A DNA stretch of 32,000 nucleotides from Pseudomonas aeruginosa (GTDB taxonomy: Bacteria; Pseudomonadota; Gammaproteobacteria; Pseudomonadales; Pseudomonadaceae), in contig NZ_LN831024.1 in NCBI RefSeq assembly GCF_001457615.1, forward strand, positions 4,980,001 through 5,012,000. Reading direction: 5' to 3'. How positions within the stretch are numbered: position 1 is the stretch's first letter; each line of letters begins with the position of its first letter. Below the pieces are notes generated by a model that did no database searches, was not told the DNA's origin, and was given only the letters and a program-made list of their open reading frames with translations. The translations under genes were made by a program, and so were the position numbers. Positions 24,785 to 32,000 of this stretch are shown here, in pieces.

Positions 24785-25783
24785 ATGCGCGCTCAATCCG
24801 CTCCGGTGCTGAAACATGTCGGCATCGTCGCCATCGACGGCGTCTTCGCCTCGACCCTGATGCAGGCCAAGGACTTCTTCCACATGGCCAGCCTGCGCCA
24901 CGGCAAGCAGCAGGGCCTCGGTCTCCAGCCGGCCTTCCGCACCCGCATCCTCAGCCCCGACGGCCAGCCGGTACGCAGCTTCAGCGGCGACAGCATCGCC
25001 GTCGACGGTCCCCTCGCCGCCTGCGATATCGTGGTCCTGCCCGCCTTCTGGGGCGATTTCGACGCGCTCGAACGGCGCTATCCGCAAATCGTTCCCTGGT
25101 TGCGCCGCAGCCATGCCGAGGGAACCGCCCTCTGCGGCGAGGCGACCGGGGTCTTCTGGCTGGCCCAGGCAGGTCTACTGGATGGCAAGGAAGCGACCAC
25201 CTACTGGCGCTTCTATCGAGAATTCGCCGAACGCTTCCCGAACGTGCTGCTCAATCAGGAGAAGCACCTGACCGATGCCGACGACCTGTTCTGCGCCAGC
25301 GGCGTCACCTCCGCCTGCGACCTCTACATCTATCTGATCGAGCGTTTCTGCGGCGGATCGGTGGCCCAGGCGGTGGCCCGGGATACCCTCTACGAAGTAC
25401 AGCGCAGCTACACCCCAGGGCGCATCGGCTTCGGCGGACAGAAGCTGCACCATGACCCGACGATCCTGCAGATCCAGCAATGGCTGGAAGACCACTTCGC
25501 CGACAAGTTCCGTTTCGAGGACGTCGCCCGCGACCACGGCATGAGCATCCGCAACTTCATGCGGCGCTTCCAGGCCGCTACCGGCGACAAGCCGCTGCAC
25601 TATCTGCAGCGACTGCGGATCGAGACCGCCAAAGGCATGCTCTCGAGCACGCGCAAGAGCATCAAGACGATCAGCTACGAGGTCGGCTACGACGACGCCA
25701 GCTTCTTCGCCCGCCTGTTCCGCCAGCACACCGAACTCTCTCCCCACCATTACCGTCGCCAGTTCATGCAGAAGGAAAGCTGA
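24785..25783 (+). CDS. AraC-family transcriptional regulator with an N-terminal DJ-1/PfpI (GATase1-like) domain (GlxA/GATR type).
   Basis: ORF 24785..25783 is 332 aa. The N-domain reads HVGIVAIDGVF...LCGEATGVFWLAQAGLLDGKEATTYW. The C-terminal part has a double HTH (IRNFMRRFQAATG...ISYEVGYDDASFFARLFRQHTELSPHHYRRQF). It is divergent from the ACAD gene. Confidence 0.88.
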   Translation: MRAQSAPVLKHVGIVAIDGVFASTLMQAKDFFHMASLRHGKQQGLGLQPAFRTRILSPDGQPVRSFSGDSIAVDGPLAACDIVVLPAFWGDFDALERRYPQIVPWLRRSHAEGTALCGEATGVFWLAQAGLLDGKEATTYWRFYREFAERFPNVLLNQEKHLTDADDLFCASGVTSACDLYIYLIERFCGGSVAQAVARDTLYEVQRSYTPGRIGFGGQKLHHDPTILQIQQWLEDHFADKFRFEDVARDHGMSIRNFMRRFQAATGDKPLHYLQRLRIETAKGMLSSTRKSIKTISYEVGYDDASFFARLFRQHTELSPHHYRRQFMQKES

Positions 25784-25941
25784 GCCGGACATCGCCGGGC
25801 CTGCCCGAACGGCATCGGCGCCGGCGCTTTCCCTACAGAACCTAGGATAGGTAGCCAGGTCGGCCTTCGCGGGTTCTCATGAATCCGCAGGCCCGCCGCA
25901 GACGCGGGCGTTCCGAACAACGACAAGAACGGACCTTTGCC

Positions 25942-26904
25942 ATGCGCCTTTATCTGCTCGCCTTCCTGGCCCTCTTCGGTATGAATGCTATGGCCGCCGA
26001 CAACTGGAAAGCCTTCCCCTACGACCAGAGCGCCTATGACTATCCAGGCGACAAGTTGAAGGAAGCCTGGCCGCGCCTGACCCGCGGCTTCGGCGACTAT
26101 CCCTATCCGGACGCCGACTGGGTGGTGAACATGGCGACCGCCCATCCGGATGCCCTGGAAAAGACCGTGAAGGCCGGCACCGGCTTCACCGGCAAGCCGG
26201 AAGAGGCCACGCAATATGCGGCACGACTGCAGGATGTCTGGCGCCTGCTGTTCCGCGGCGACTACGCCAAGGCCAAGGAGCAGGGACTGGCCTTGGGAGT
26301 CGGCGGCCAGGTACCGGCGATGTTCGCCCAGGTGCTCTACGCCATGTTCCTGGCTCCCGACCAGGCGGAGAAACAGCGCCTGCTCGAAGAGGTCATCGAC
26401 TACACCGAACAGGCCGGCCCGCTGGTCAAGGCCGATATCGTCGCCCAGTTCGGCAGCGTCTACGCCAAGGCGCGCCTGGCCGAGGAGCTATCGGTACCGG
26501 TAGTGCTCAAGCGCGGCTATACCAGCGAAATACCCAAGGAACTGGACGCTCTCCTGGCCAGGCAACCCAACCAGCCGTTCGCCCTGGCGCTCTACGGCGG
26601 CTACGAGGCGGGAGTGATCCGCAAGGTCGGCAAGCTGGTCGGCAAGATGACCTACGGGGTCAGCGCCGACAAGATGGAGCAGTACTTCGCCCGCTCCTTC
26701 CGCCAGGCCAACGACCTGCCGATCGGCCACTACGAGTACGCCAACGCGCTCACCTACGTATACGGCGACGACGAGCGGGAGAAGGCCATCGCCCAACTGA
26801 AGCAGGCCGTGGCGATCAAGCCGATCAACGCCATGGAAGCCCTCGAAGTGGCCCATGCGAAGAAGCTCCTCGCCGGCTTCGAGCAGAACACCGCGCAGCG
26901 CTGA
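25942..26904 (+). CDS. Secreted or periplasmic protein of unknown function.
   Basis: This is ORF 25879..26904, trimmed to the ATG at 25942, which gives the Sec-type signal MRLYLLAFLALFGMNAMA/ADN and 320 aa. The sequence looks largely helical, and I recognise no family. ATG 25879 is the alternative start. Confidence 0.7.
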   Translation: MRLYLLAFLALFGMNAMAADNWKAFPYDQSAYDYPGDKLKEAWPRLTRGFGDYPYPDADWVVNMATAHPDALEKTVKAGTGFTGKPEEATQYAARLQDVWRLLFRGDYAKAKEQGLALGVGGQVPAMFAQVLYAMFLAPDQAEKQRLLEEVIDYTEQAGPLVKADIVAQFGSVYAKARLAEELSVPVVLKRGYTSEIPKELDALLARQPNQPFALALYGGYEAGVIRKVGKLVGKMTYGVSADKMEQYFARSFRQANDLPIGHYEYANALTYVYGDDEREKAIAQLKQAVAIKPINAMEALEVAHAKKLLAGFEQNTAQR

Positions 26905-26921
26905 AACGCCGCGCGCCCATG

Positions 26922-26951
26922 AAAAAAGGGGTGGCCATCGGCAACCCCTTT
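26922..26951. terminator. Bidirectional terminator between the hypothetical gene (+) and zapE (-).
   Basis: An A6 run is followed by the stem GGGGTGGCC, loop ATC, the stem GGCAACCCC (one mismatch) and TTTCTCGTTT. Confidence 0.65.
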
Positions 26952-26968
26952 CTCGTTTCCGCCCCGGA

Positions 26969-28063
26969 TCAGGGCCGGTGCGGACGCGTCAGGTATTCGT
27001 GGGACTGCATTTCCAGCAGACGACTGAGGGTGCGCTGGAATTCGAACTCCAGCCGGCCGCCGCTGTAGAGATCCTTTAGCTCGACCTCGGCGGAGATGAT
27101 CAGCTTGACGCTGCGGTCGTAGAACTCATCCACCAGGTTGATGAAACGCCGCGCCATGTCGTCCTTGGTGACGCCCATCTGCTCGACGTTGGAGATCAGC
27201 ACGGCGTGGAAAATCTTCGCCAGTTCGATGTAGTCGTTCTGGCTGCGCGGGCCGTCGCACAGCTCACGGAATTCGAACCAGGCCACGTCGTCGCAGGTCA
27301 GGCGCGCGCGGATCTCGCGGTTCTCGATCATCAGCGCCTCGTCGCGCTGGGCCTTGGCACAGTCCGGGGTCAGGGCCTTGAAGCTGCGCGCCATCTCCTC
27401 CTCGACCTGTTCGCTGAGCGGCCAGTGGAACAGCTCGGCCTGCTCCAGCGCGCGCAGGCGATAGTCGACGCCGCTATCGACGTTGACGATCTCGGTATGT
27501 TCCTTGAGCAGGGCGATCGCCGGCAGGAAACGGGCGCGTTGCAGGCCGTCCTTGTACAGGCCGTCCGGCACGATGTTGGAGGTCGCCACCAGGCTCACGC
27601 CGTTCTTGAACAGCTCTTCCAGCAGGGTGGCGAGGATCATCGCGTCGGTGATGTCGGAGACGAAGAACTCGTCGAAGCAGATCACCCGCGCCTCGTCGGC
27701 GAAGCGCTTGCCGATGATGGTCAGCGGGTTCTTCTCGCCCTTGAGGGTCTTCAGTTCTTCGTGCACCCGCTTCATGAAGCGGTGGAAGTGCGTGCGCACC
27801 TTCTGCTCGAACGGCAGCGACTCGAAGAAAGTGTCCACCAGGTAGGTCTTGCCACGGCCGACGCCGCCCCAGAAATACAGGCCCTTCACCGGCCCGCCGG
27901 ACTTCCTGCCGAGCAGCTTGCCGAACAGGCCGGGCTTGGCGTGGTCGGCGGCGACCAGGTCATCGTAGAGGCGTTGCAGATGCTTCACGGCATTCGCCTG
28001 TGCGGCATCGTGGAAGAAATCGGGGCGTTGGAGATCGGCCTGGTAGCGCTCGAGGGGCGTCAT
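26969..28063 (-). CDS. zapE: AFG1-like ATPase ZapE (YhcM), a cell-division factor.
   Basis: This is ORF 26969..28075, whose track start is a TTG. The ATG at 28063 gives 364 aa (MTPLERYQADL...). It has the Walker A motif GGVGRGKT and the Walker B-like motif VICFDEFFV. Confidence 0.9.
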   Translation of the reverse strand: MTPLERYQADLQRPDFFHDAAQANAVKHLQRLYDDLVAADHAKPGLFGKLLGRKSGGPVKGLYFWGGVGRGKTYLVDTFFESLPFEQKVRTHFHRFMKRVHEELKTLKGEKNPLTIIGKRFADEARVICFDEFFVSDITDAMILATLLEELFKNGVSLVATSNIVPDGLYKDGLQRARFLPAIALLKEHTEIVNVDSGVDYRLRALEQAELFHWPLSEQVEEEMARSFKALTPDCAKAQRDEALMIENREIRARLTCDDVAWFEFRELCDGPRSQNDYIELAKIFHAVLISNVEQMGVTKDDMARRFINLVDEFYDRSVKLIISAEVELKDLYSGGRLEFEFQRTLSRLLEMQSHEYLTRPHRP

Positions 28064-28078
28064 GATCGGTAGCAATGC

Positions 28079-28115
28079 AACGAAAACGGGGCCGTCACTT
28101 TAGCGACGACCCCGT
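28079..28115 (-). terminator. Rho-independent terminator after trpS, specific to the minus strand.
   Basis: The minus-strand RNA reads ACGGGGUCGUCGC [UAAA] GUGACGGCCCCGU, a 13-bp stem including two G-U pairs, followed by UUUUCGUU. On the plus strand the same positions would be C/A mismatches. Confidence 0.7.
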
Positions 28116-28157
28116 CTCTTGGCAATCGGCCATCCGTCGAGGATGTACCGGGGCTGC

Positions 28158-29504
28158 CTACTCCTGCGGTGCCAGCGCTTCGCGGGTGCGCTCGATGGCG
28201 GCGTCACGGGCGGCGGCGTCGGCGAAGGCCGGGCTCTGCGCCACCGCCTCGCCATCCAGCCACAGGCCAAAGGCATTGCCCTCGGCCCGCAGGTCGGCAG
28301 TCTCGCCAGCCAGCAGGCGCTTGCTCACCGCACCGGCGGCCTTGCCGTCGGCGAAGGCGCGGGACAGCAGTAGCTGTTCGCCGGCGGCGTCCAGCAGGCG
28401 GAAGCGGAAGCTGCCGTCGTCGTCGCGGAAGCTGACCAGGCGCGCAGCCTTGGCGGCCTTCTTCTTGCCGCTCTCGGCACTTTTCAGCGGCTCGCGCAGG
28501 GAGCGCAGGCCGACTGCCTCGCGCAACTCGGCGATGAATGGGGTGGCGATGCGGCGCGCCTTGGCGGCACCTGCGAGGAGAATGTCCTCGATATCGTCCG
28601 GCTTGGCGATCAGCGCCTGGTAACGCTCGCGAGCCTCGCCCAGTTCGTTGTCGAGCAACTGGAACAGGCGCTGCTTGGCTTCGCCCCAGGCCAGGCCTTC
28701 GAGCAGTTCCTGGCGGAACGCGGCGACCTGTTCGGCGCTGGCGAAGGCCGAGTAAAGAAGGAACAGGTGCGAACTGTCCGGGTCTTTCGGCTCGCCCGGC
28801 GCGCGCGAGTCGGTGACGATGCGTGCGATGGCGTCCTTGAGCTGCCTGGACGGGCTGAACAGCGGGATGGTGTTGTCGTAGCTCTTGGACATCTTGCGCC
28901 CGTCCAGGCCCGGCAGGGTGGCGACGTTTTCCTCGATCACCGCTTCGGGCAGGACGAAGAACTCGCGGCCGTTGCCGAACAGGTGGTTGAAACGCTGGCC
29001 GATGTCGCGGGCCATCTCCACGTGCTGCACCTGGTCGCGGCCGACCGGGATCTTGTGCGCGTTGAACATCAGGATGTCCGCGGCCATCAGCACCGGATAG
29101 CTGTAGAGGCCCATGGTCACGCCGGCGTCCGGGTCTTCGCCAGCCTCGACATTGCGGTCCACCGCGGCCTTGTAGGCATGCGCGCGGTTGAGCAGCCCCT
29201 TGGCACTGACGCAGGTGAGCAACCAGGTCAGCTCGGGAATCTCGGGGATGTCCGACTGCCGGTAGAAGGTCGCACGCTCGACGTCCAGGCCGCCGGCCAG
29301 CCAGGTCGCGGCGATTTCCAGGCGCGAGCGCTGGATACGAGCGGGATCGTCGCACTTGATCAAGGCGTGGTAGTCCGCCAGGAAGTAGAACGAATCCACG
29401 TCGCTCCGACGGCTGGCGAGGATCGCCGGGCGGATGGCGCCGGCGTAGTTGCCCAGGTGCGGAGTGCCGGTAGGAGTGATGCCGGTCAGGATACGAGTAG
29501 TCAT
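28158..29504 (-). CDS. trpS: Tryptophan--tRNA ligase with a C-terminal YegP/DUF1508-like extension.
   Basis: This is ORF 28158..29525, trimmed to the ATG at 29504 ([20 protein letters not shown], the HIGH-type motif), giving 448 aa. It carries the KMSKS motif. Residues from about 341 to 448 lie beyond the roughly 335-aa canonical core. Confidence 0.93.
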   Translation of the reverse strand: MTTRILTGITPTGTPHLGNYAGAIRPAILASRRSDVDSFYFLADYHALIKCDDPARIQRSRLEIAATWLAGGLDVERATFYRQSDIPEIPELTWLLTCVSAKGLLNRAHAYKAAVDRNVEAGEDPDAGVTMGLYSYPVLMAADILMFNAHKIPVGRDQVQHVEMARDIGQRFNHLFGNGREFFVLPEAVIEENVATLPGLDGRKMSKSYDNTIPLFSPSRQLKDAIARIVTDSRAPGEPKDPDSSHLFLLYSAFASAEQVAAFRQELLEGLAWGEAKQRLFQLLDNELGEARERYQALIAKPDDIEDILLAGAAKARRIATPFIAELREAVGLRSLREPLKSAESGKKKAAKAARLVSFRDDDGSFRFRLLDAAGEQLLLSRAFADGKAAGAVSKRLLAGETADLRAEGNAFGLWLDGEAVAQSPAFADAAARDAAIERTREALAPQE

Positions 29505-29521
29505 GCGATACCAGATGTCAG

Positions 29522-29565
29522 GCAAAGAAAAGAATGGCGCGCCGGATGGTAGCAGGGCCGGCGCG
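29522..29565 (-). other. Hairpin plus T-rich tract between the hydrolase gene and trpS, possibly a partial terminator.
   Basis: The 8-bp stem pairs CGCGCCGG (29538-29545) with CCGGCGCG (29558-29565) around a 12-nt loop. On the minus strand it is followed by CCAUUCUUUUCUUUG. Confidence 0.35.
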
Positions 29566-29571
29566 ACGACG

Positions 29572-30201
29572 TCAGTCCTGCAGGCGTGGCAGCAACAGGT
29601 CCTTCAGATCGATCAGCTTGCCATGGAAGAAATGTCCGCTTTCTGCCACCCGCAACAGCTCGTGCGGTCGTGCCAGGGACTCGCTCCAGGCATATACCGC
29701 GGCCGGCGTGACCACGTCGTCGTCCTCCGGCTGCACCACGGTCAGCGGGCAACGCGCAGGCAGGCTGACCGCGAAGCGTTCCACCGGCGGCGCGATCATG
29801 AACAGCCGCGCCAGCCCGACGCCCTGCGCTTCCAGGCGACCCGCCAGATTGCCGGCGACGCAGGAGCCGAAGGAAAAGCCCATCAGTGTCAGCGGCAGCC
29901 CCGGATGGCGTGCCAGCAACCAGCGCGCGGCGGCCTCGGCGTCGTCGATCTCGCCGATCCCCTCGCCATAGCTGCCAGCGCTCTGGCCAACGCCACGGAA
30001 GTTGAAACGCAGGGTCGCCAGGCCGGCATCGCGGGCGCTGCGTTGCAGAGTGGCGACCACCTTGTTCTGCATGGTGCCGGCGAACAGCGGGTGCGGATGG
30101 CAGACCAGGGCGATGCCGCGGGCATCGGGCAGATCGAGGTGCAGGGCTTCCAGCGGCCCGCAGGGGCCATCGATGGATACAGGGATTTCGCGGGTAGACA
30201 A
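29572..30201 (-). CDS. Alpha/beta-fold hydrolase of unknown substrate (COG2945-like).
   Basis: ORF 29572..30201 is 209 aa with the nucleophile elbow GFSFG and a C-terminal SGHFFHG. The only plausible start is the TTG at 30201, 7 nt after a GGAG SD. The next in-frame Met is residue 44. Confidence 0.8.
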   Translation of the reverse strand: MSTREIPVSIDGPCGPLEALHLDLPDARGIALVCHPHPLFAGTMQNKVVATLQRSARDAGLATLRFNFRGVGQSAGSYGEGIGEIDDAEAAARWLLARHPGLPLTLMGFSFGSCVAGNLAGRLEAQGVGLARLFMIAPPVERFAVSLPARCPLTVVQPEDDDVVTPAAVYAWSESLARPHELLRVAESGHFFHGKLIDLKDLLLPRLQD

Positions 30202-30345
30202 ACAGGAACTCCGTGACCCCGGCTCGGGTCGACTCGTCTAGCAGATTACTCCAAGCGACACAGGCACTTACTCGCGTGCCGTGGTATACAGCTCGGACTC
30301 AAGCCGTTAACGTAAAGCAAAGCCGCCTATAGAGGAAGGATTCGC

Positions 30346-30792
30346 GTGGAACAGTCGCTCACCGCCTGGCTGCTGCCGGCCCTCGCCCTGGTCGCCGGGG
30401 TCGCCATCGGTTTTCTGATCGCCCGCCTGCTGCCCAACGCCGCGCCGAACAAGGTGCAACGCCAGATGGACGACCTGCAGGACCGCTTCGACAGCTATCA
30501 GCGCGAAGTCGTGACCCATTTCAACACCACCGCCAGCCTCGTGAAGAAGCTGACCCAGAGCTACCAGGACGTGCAGGAGCACCTCTCCGACGGCGCCCAG
30601 CGCCTGGCCCTGGACGAACAGACCCGCCAGCGCCTGCTGGCTGCGCTGCATGCCGACGAGGCCTATCCGGCCGAGCGCCGCGAGCGCCTGACTCCGCCGG
30701 CCTCCGGCGAAGTGCCGAAGGACTATGCGCCGAAAAGCCCGGACAGCCCCGGCACCCTCGACGCCACCTACGGCCTGAAAGGCAAGTACTGA
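30346..30792 (+). CDS. yhcB: YhcB/ZapG (DUF1043) inner-membrane division and envelope protein.
   Basis: ORF 30346..30792 is 148 aa. The GTG start follows an AGAGGAAGGA SD. It has an N-terminal TM helix followed by a coiled region (DSYQREVVTHFNTTASLVKKLTQSYQDVQEHL) that resembles E. coli YhcB. Confidence 0.82.
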   Translation: MEQSLTAWLLPALALVAGVAIGFLIARLLPNAAPNKVQRQMDDLQDRFDSYQREVVTHFNTTASLVKKLTQSYQDVQEHLSDGAQRLALDEQTRQRLLAALHADEAYPAERRERLTPPASGEVPKDYAPKSPDSPGTLDATYGLKGKY

Positions 30793-30821
30793 CGCGCTGC
30801 GCGAACCTGCCGACGCCCATG

Positions 30822-30849
30822 AAAAAGCCCCGCATCCGCGGGGCTTTTT
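30822..30849. terminator. Bidirectional rho-independent terminator between yhcB (+) and cysNC (-).
   Basis: An A5 run is followed by the stem GCCCCGC, loop ATCC, the stem GCGGGGC and a T5 run. The symmetry extends to a perfect 16-nt-arm inverted repeat, CATGAAAAAGCCCCGC / GCGGGGCTTTTTCATG (30818-30853). Confidence 0.85.
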
Positions 30850-30865
30850 CATGGCTGCGAGACGA

Positions 30866-32000
30866 TCAGATCGCCTGGCGCTCGCGCAACAGGTCGAGCA
30901 CCTGCTTCACGCCGTCCTCGACGCTCAGCGCCTGGGTATCGATCACCAGGTCGGCATCCAGCGGCACGTCGTAGGGGAAGGACTCGCCGGGGATATTGTC
31001 CTCGCCCGCCGCATACAGCCCCTGTGGATCGCGTTCGCGGCAAACCTGCGGCGACGCCTGCACATAGACGGTGATCAGGCGCTCGGCGCCGATCAGCGCC
31101 CTGGCCTGCTCGCGCCCTTCCGCGCTCGGCGCGACGAAGGCGCAGAGGCTGATCAACCCGGCCTCGTTGAACTGCTTGGCGACATGGGCGGTGCGCAGCC
31201 AGTTCTCGGTGCGTCCGGCGCGGTCCTGCGGCAACCCCTTGTTCAGGTCGTGGCGCAGGTTCTGCCCGTCCAGCACGTAGACCGCGCGGCCCATATCGAA
31301 CAGCTTGCGCTCCACGGCGTAGGCCAGGGTGCTCTTGCCGGCGCCGGAGAGGCCGCTGAACAGTACGGTCGCCGGCTGCTGGCCGAAGCGGCCGGCACGC
31401 TCCTCGCGCGTCACATGGGCATTCGAACCGTGATGAGCGCTGCTGCCATGGGCCGCCGACGGAGCGGAGATGATCATGCCGGCGCCAACGGTGCCGTTGG
31501 TCAGGCGATCGATGACGATGAAGGCGCCGGTGGTGCGGTTCTGCTCATAGCCATCGAGCGCGATGGGCGCGTCCAGGCTGACCTTGACCCTGGCGATCTC
31601 GTTCAGCTTCAGCTCGCTGCCCGGGGTCCGCTCCAGGGTATTCACGTCCACCTTGTGGACGATGCTCGGAATCGAACCCGGCACATAGCTGGTAGCGCGC
31701 TTGATATCGTACTTCTTGCCCGGAAGCATCGGCTCCTCGGCCATCCACACCAGCATGGCATCGAAGCCGTCGGTGACCAGCGGGCGATTGTCGGCATGCA
31801 CCAGCATGTCGCCGCGGGAAACGTCGATCTCGTCTTCCAGGGTCAGGGTGACGGCCTGGCCGGGACCGGCCTGCTCCAGTTCGCCCTCGAAGGTGACGAT
31901 GGATTTCACCTTGCTGCCCTTGCCCGACGGCAATGCCACCACTTCGTCGCCCTTGCGCACCACGCCGCTGGCCAGGGTGCCGGCGAAACCGCGGAAGTTC
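30866..32000 (-). CDS. cysNC: Bifunctional sulfate adenylyltransferase subunit 1 / APS kinase CysNC. The 5' end lies outside the window.
   Basis: This is the frame of ORF 30866..31963 and stays open to the window end. It contains EF-Tu-like domains II and III of CysN, a His/Ser-rich linker, then the APS kinase domain ([15 protein letters not shown]). Confidence 0.92.
   Translation of the reverse strand, partial: NFRGFAGTLASGVVRKGDEVVALPSGKGSKVKSIVTFEGELEQAGPGQAVTLTLEDEIDVSRGDMLVHADNRPLVTDGFDAMLVWMAEEPMLPGKKYDIKRATSYVPGSIPSIVHKVDVNTLERTPGSELKLNEIARVKVSLDAPIALDGYEQNRTTGAFIVIDRLTNGTVGAGMIISAPSAAHGSSAHHGSNAHVTREERAGRFGQQPATVLFSGLSGAGKSTLAYAVERKLFDMGRAVYVLDGQNLRHDLNKGLPQDRAGRTENWLRTAHVAKQFNEAGLISLCAFVAPSAEGREQARALIGAERLITVYVQASPQVCRERDPQGLYAAGEDNIPGESFPYDVPLDADLVIDTQALSVEDGVKQVLDLLRERQAI

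Noticed and set aside
26914-30827. A shared 13-mer, CGCCCATGAAAAA, immediately precedes two different bidirectional terminators (26914-26926 and 30814-30826). This could hint at a repeat family.
   Set aside because: There are only two copies, and the similarity stops at the stem sequences. A few chance 13-mer matches are expected in 32 kb. It is probably coincidence plus the common A-tract of bidirectional terminators.

Overview
This window is a GC-rich, gamma-proteobacterial core-genome segment. From memory, gene order and protein sequences match Pseudomonas aeruginosa, roughly PA4411 to PA4442 of PAO1; I could not run a search to confirm this.

Layout:
- 1-12.2 kb, minus strand: the dcw division and cell-wall cluster, in transcription order mraZ-rsmH-ftsL-ftsI-murE-murF-mraY-murD-ftsW-murG-murC. 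murC runs off the left edge.
- 12.5-12.9 kb, minus strand: RNase P RNA (rnpB).
- 12.9-17.3 kb: rsmI, divergent from lpoA-yraN-gmhA/diaA-dolP.
- 17.3-22.1 kb, minus strand: sspB-sspA, the cytochrome bc1 operon (petABC) and rplM-rpsI.
- 22.4-26.9 kb: a four-gene metabolic block made of a Tas-like aldo-keto reductase, an LCAD-like acyl-CoA dehydrogenase, a DJ-1/PfpI-AraC regulator and a secreted protein of unknown function.
- 27.0-32.0 kb: zapE, trpS, an alpha/beta hydrolase, yhcB/zapG and the 3' part of cysNC.

I found no CRISPR array, tRNA or rRNA gene, transposase, integrase, phage gene or recognisable defence system. I see no evidence for a novel multi-gene system here; this is an ordinary housekeeping region.

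The points worth a second look are:
- a 1-nt frameshift that splits rsmH, the second gene of the dcw operon;
- a TrpRS with a roughly 110-aa C-terminal extension resembling YegP/DUF1508;
- a clear triple direct-repeat MraZ operator next to a near-consensus promoter;
- a lineage-specific four-gene block, including an uncharacterised regulator/ACAD pair and a secreted protein, inserted into an otherwise conserved synteny block.

Many long ORFs in the track are antisense or out-of-frame artefacts of high GC content.
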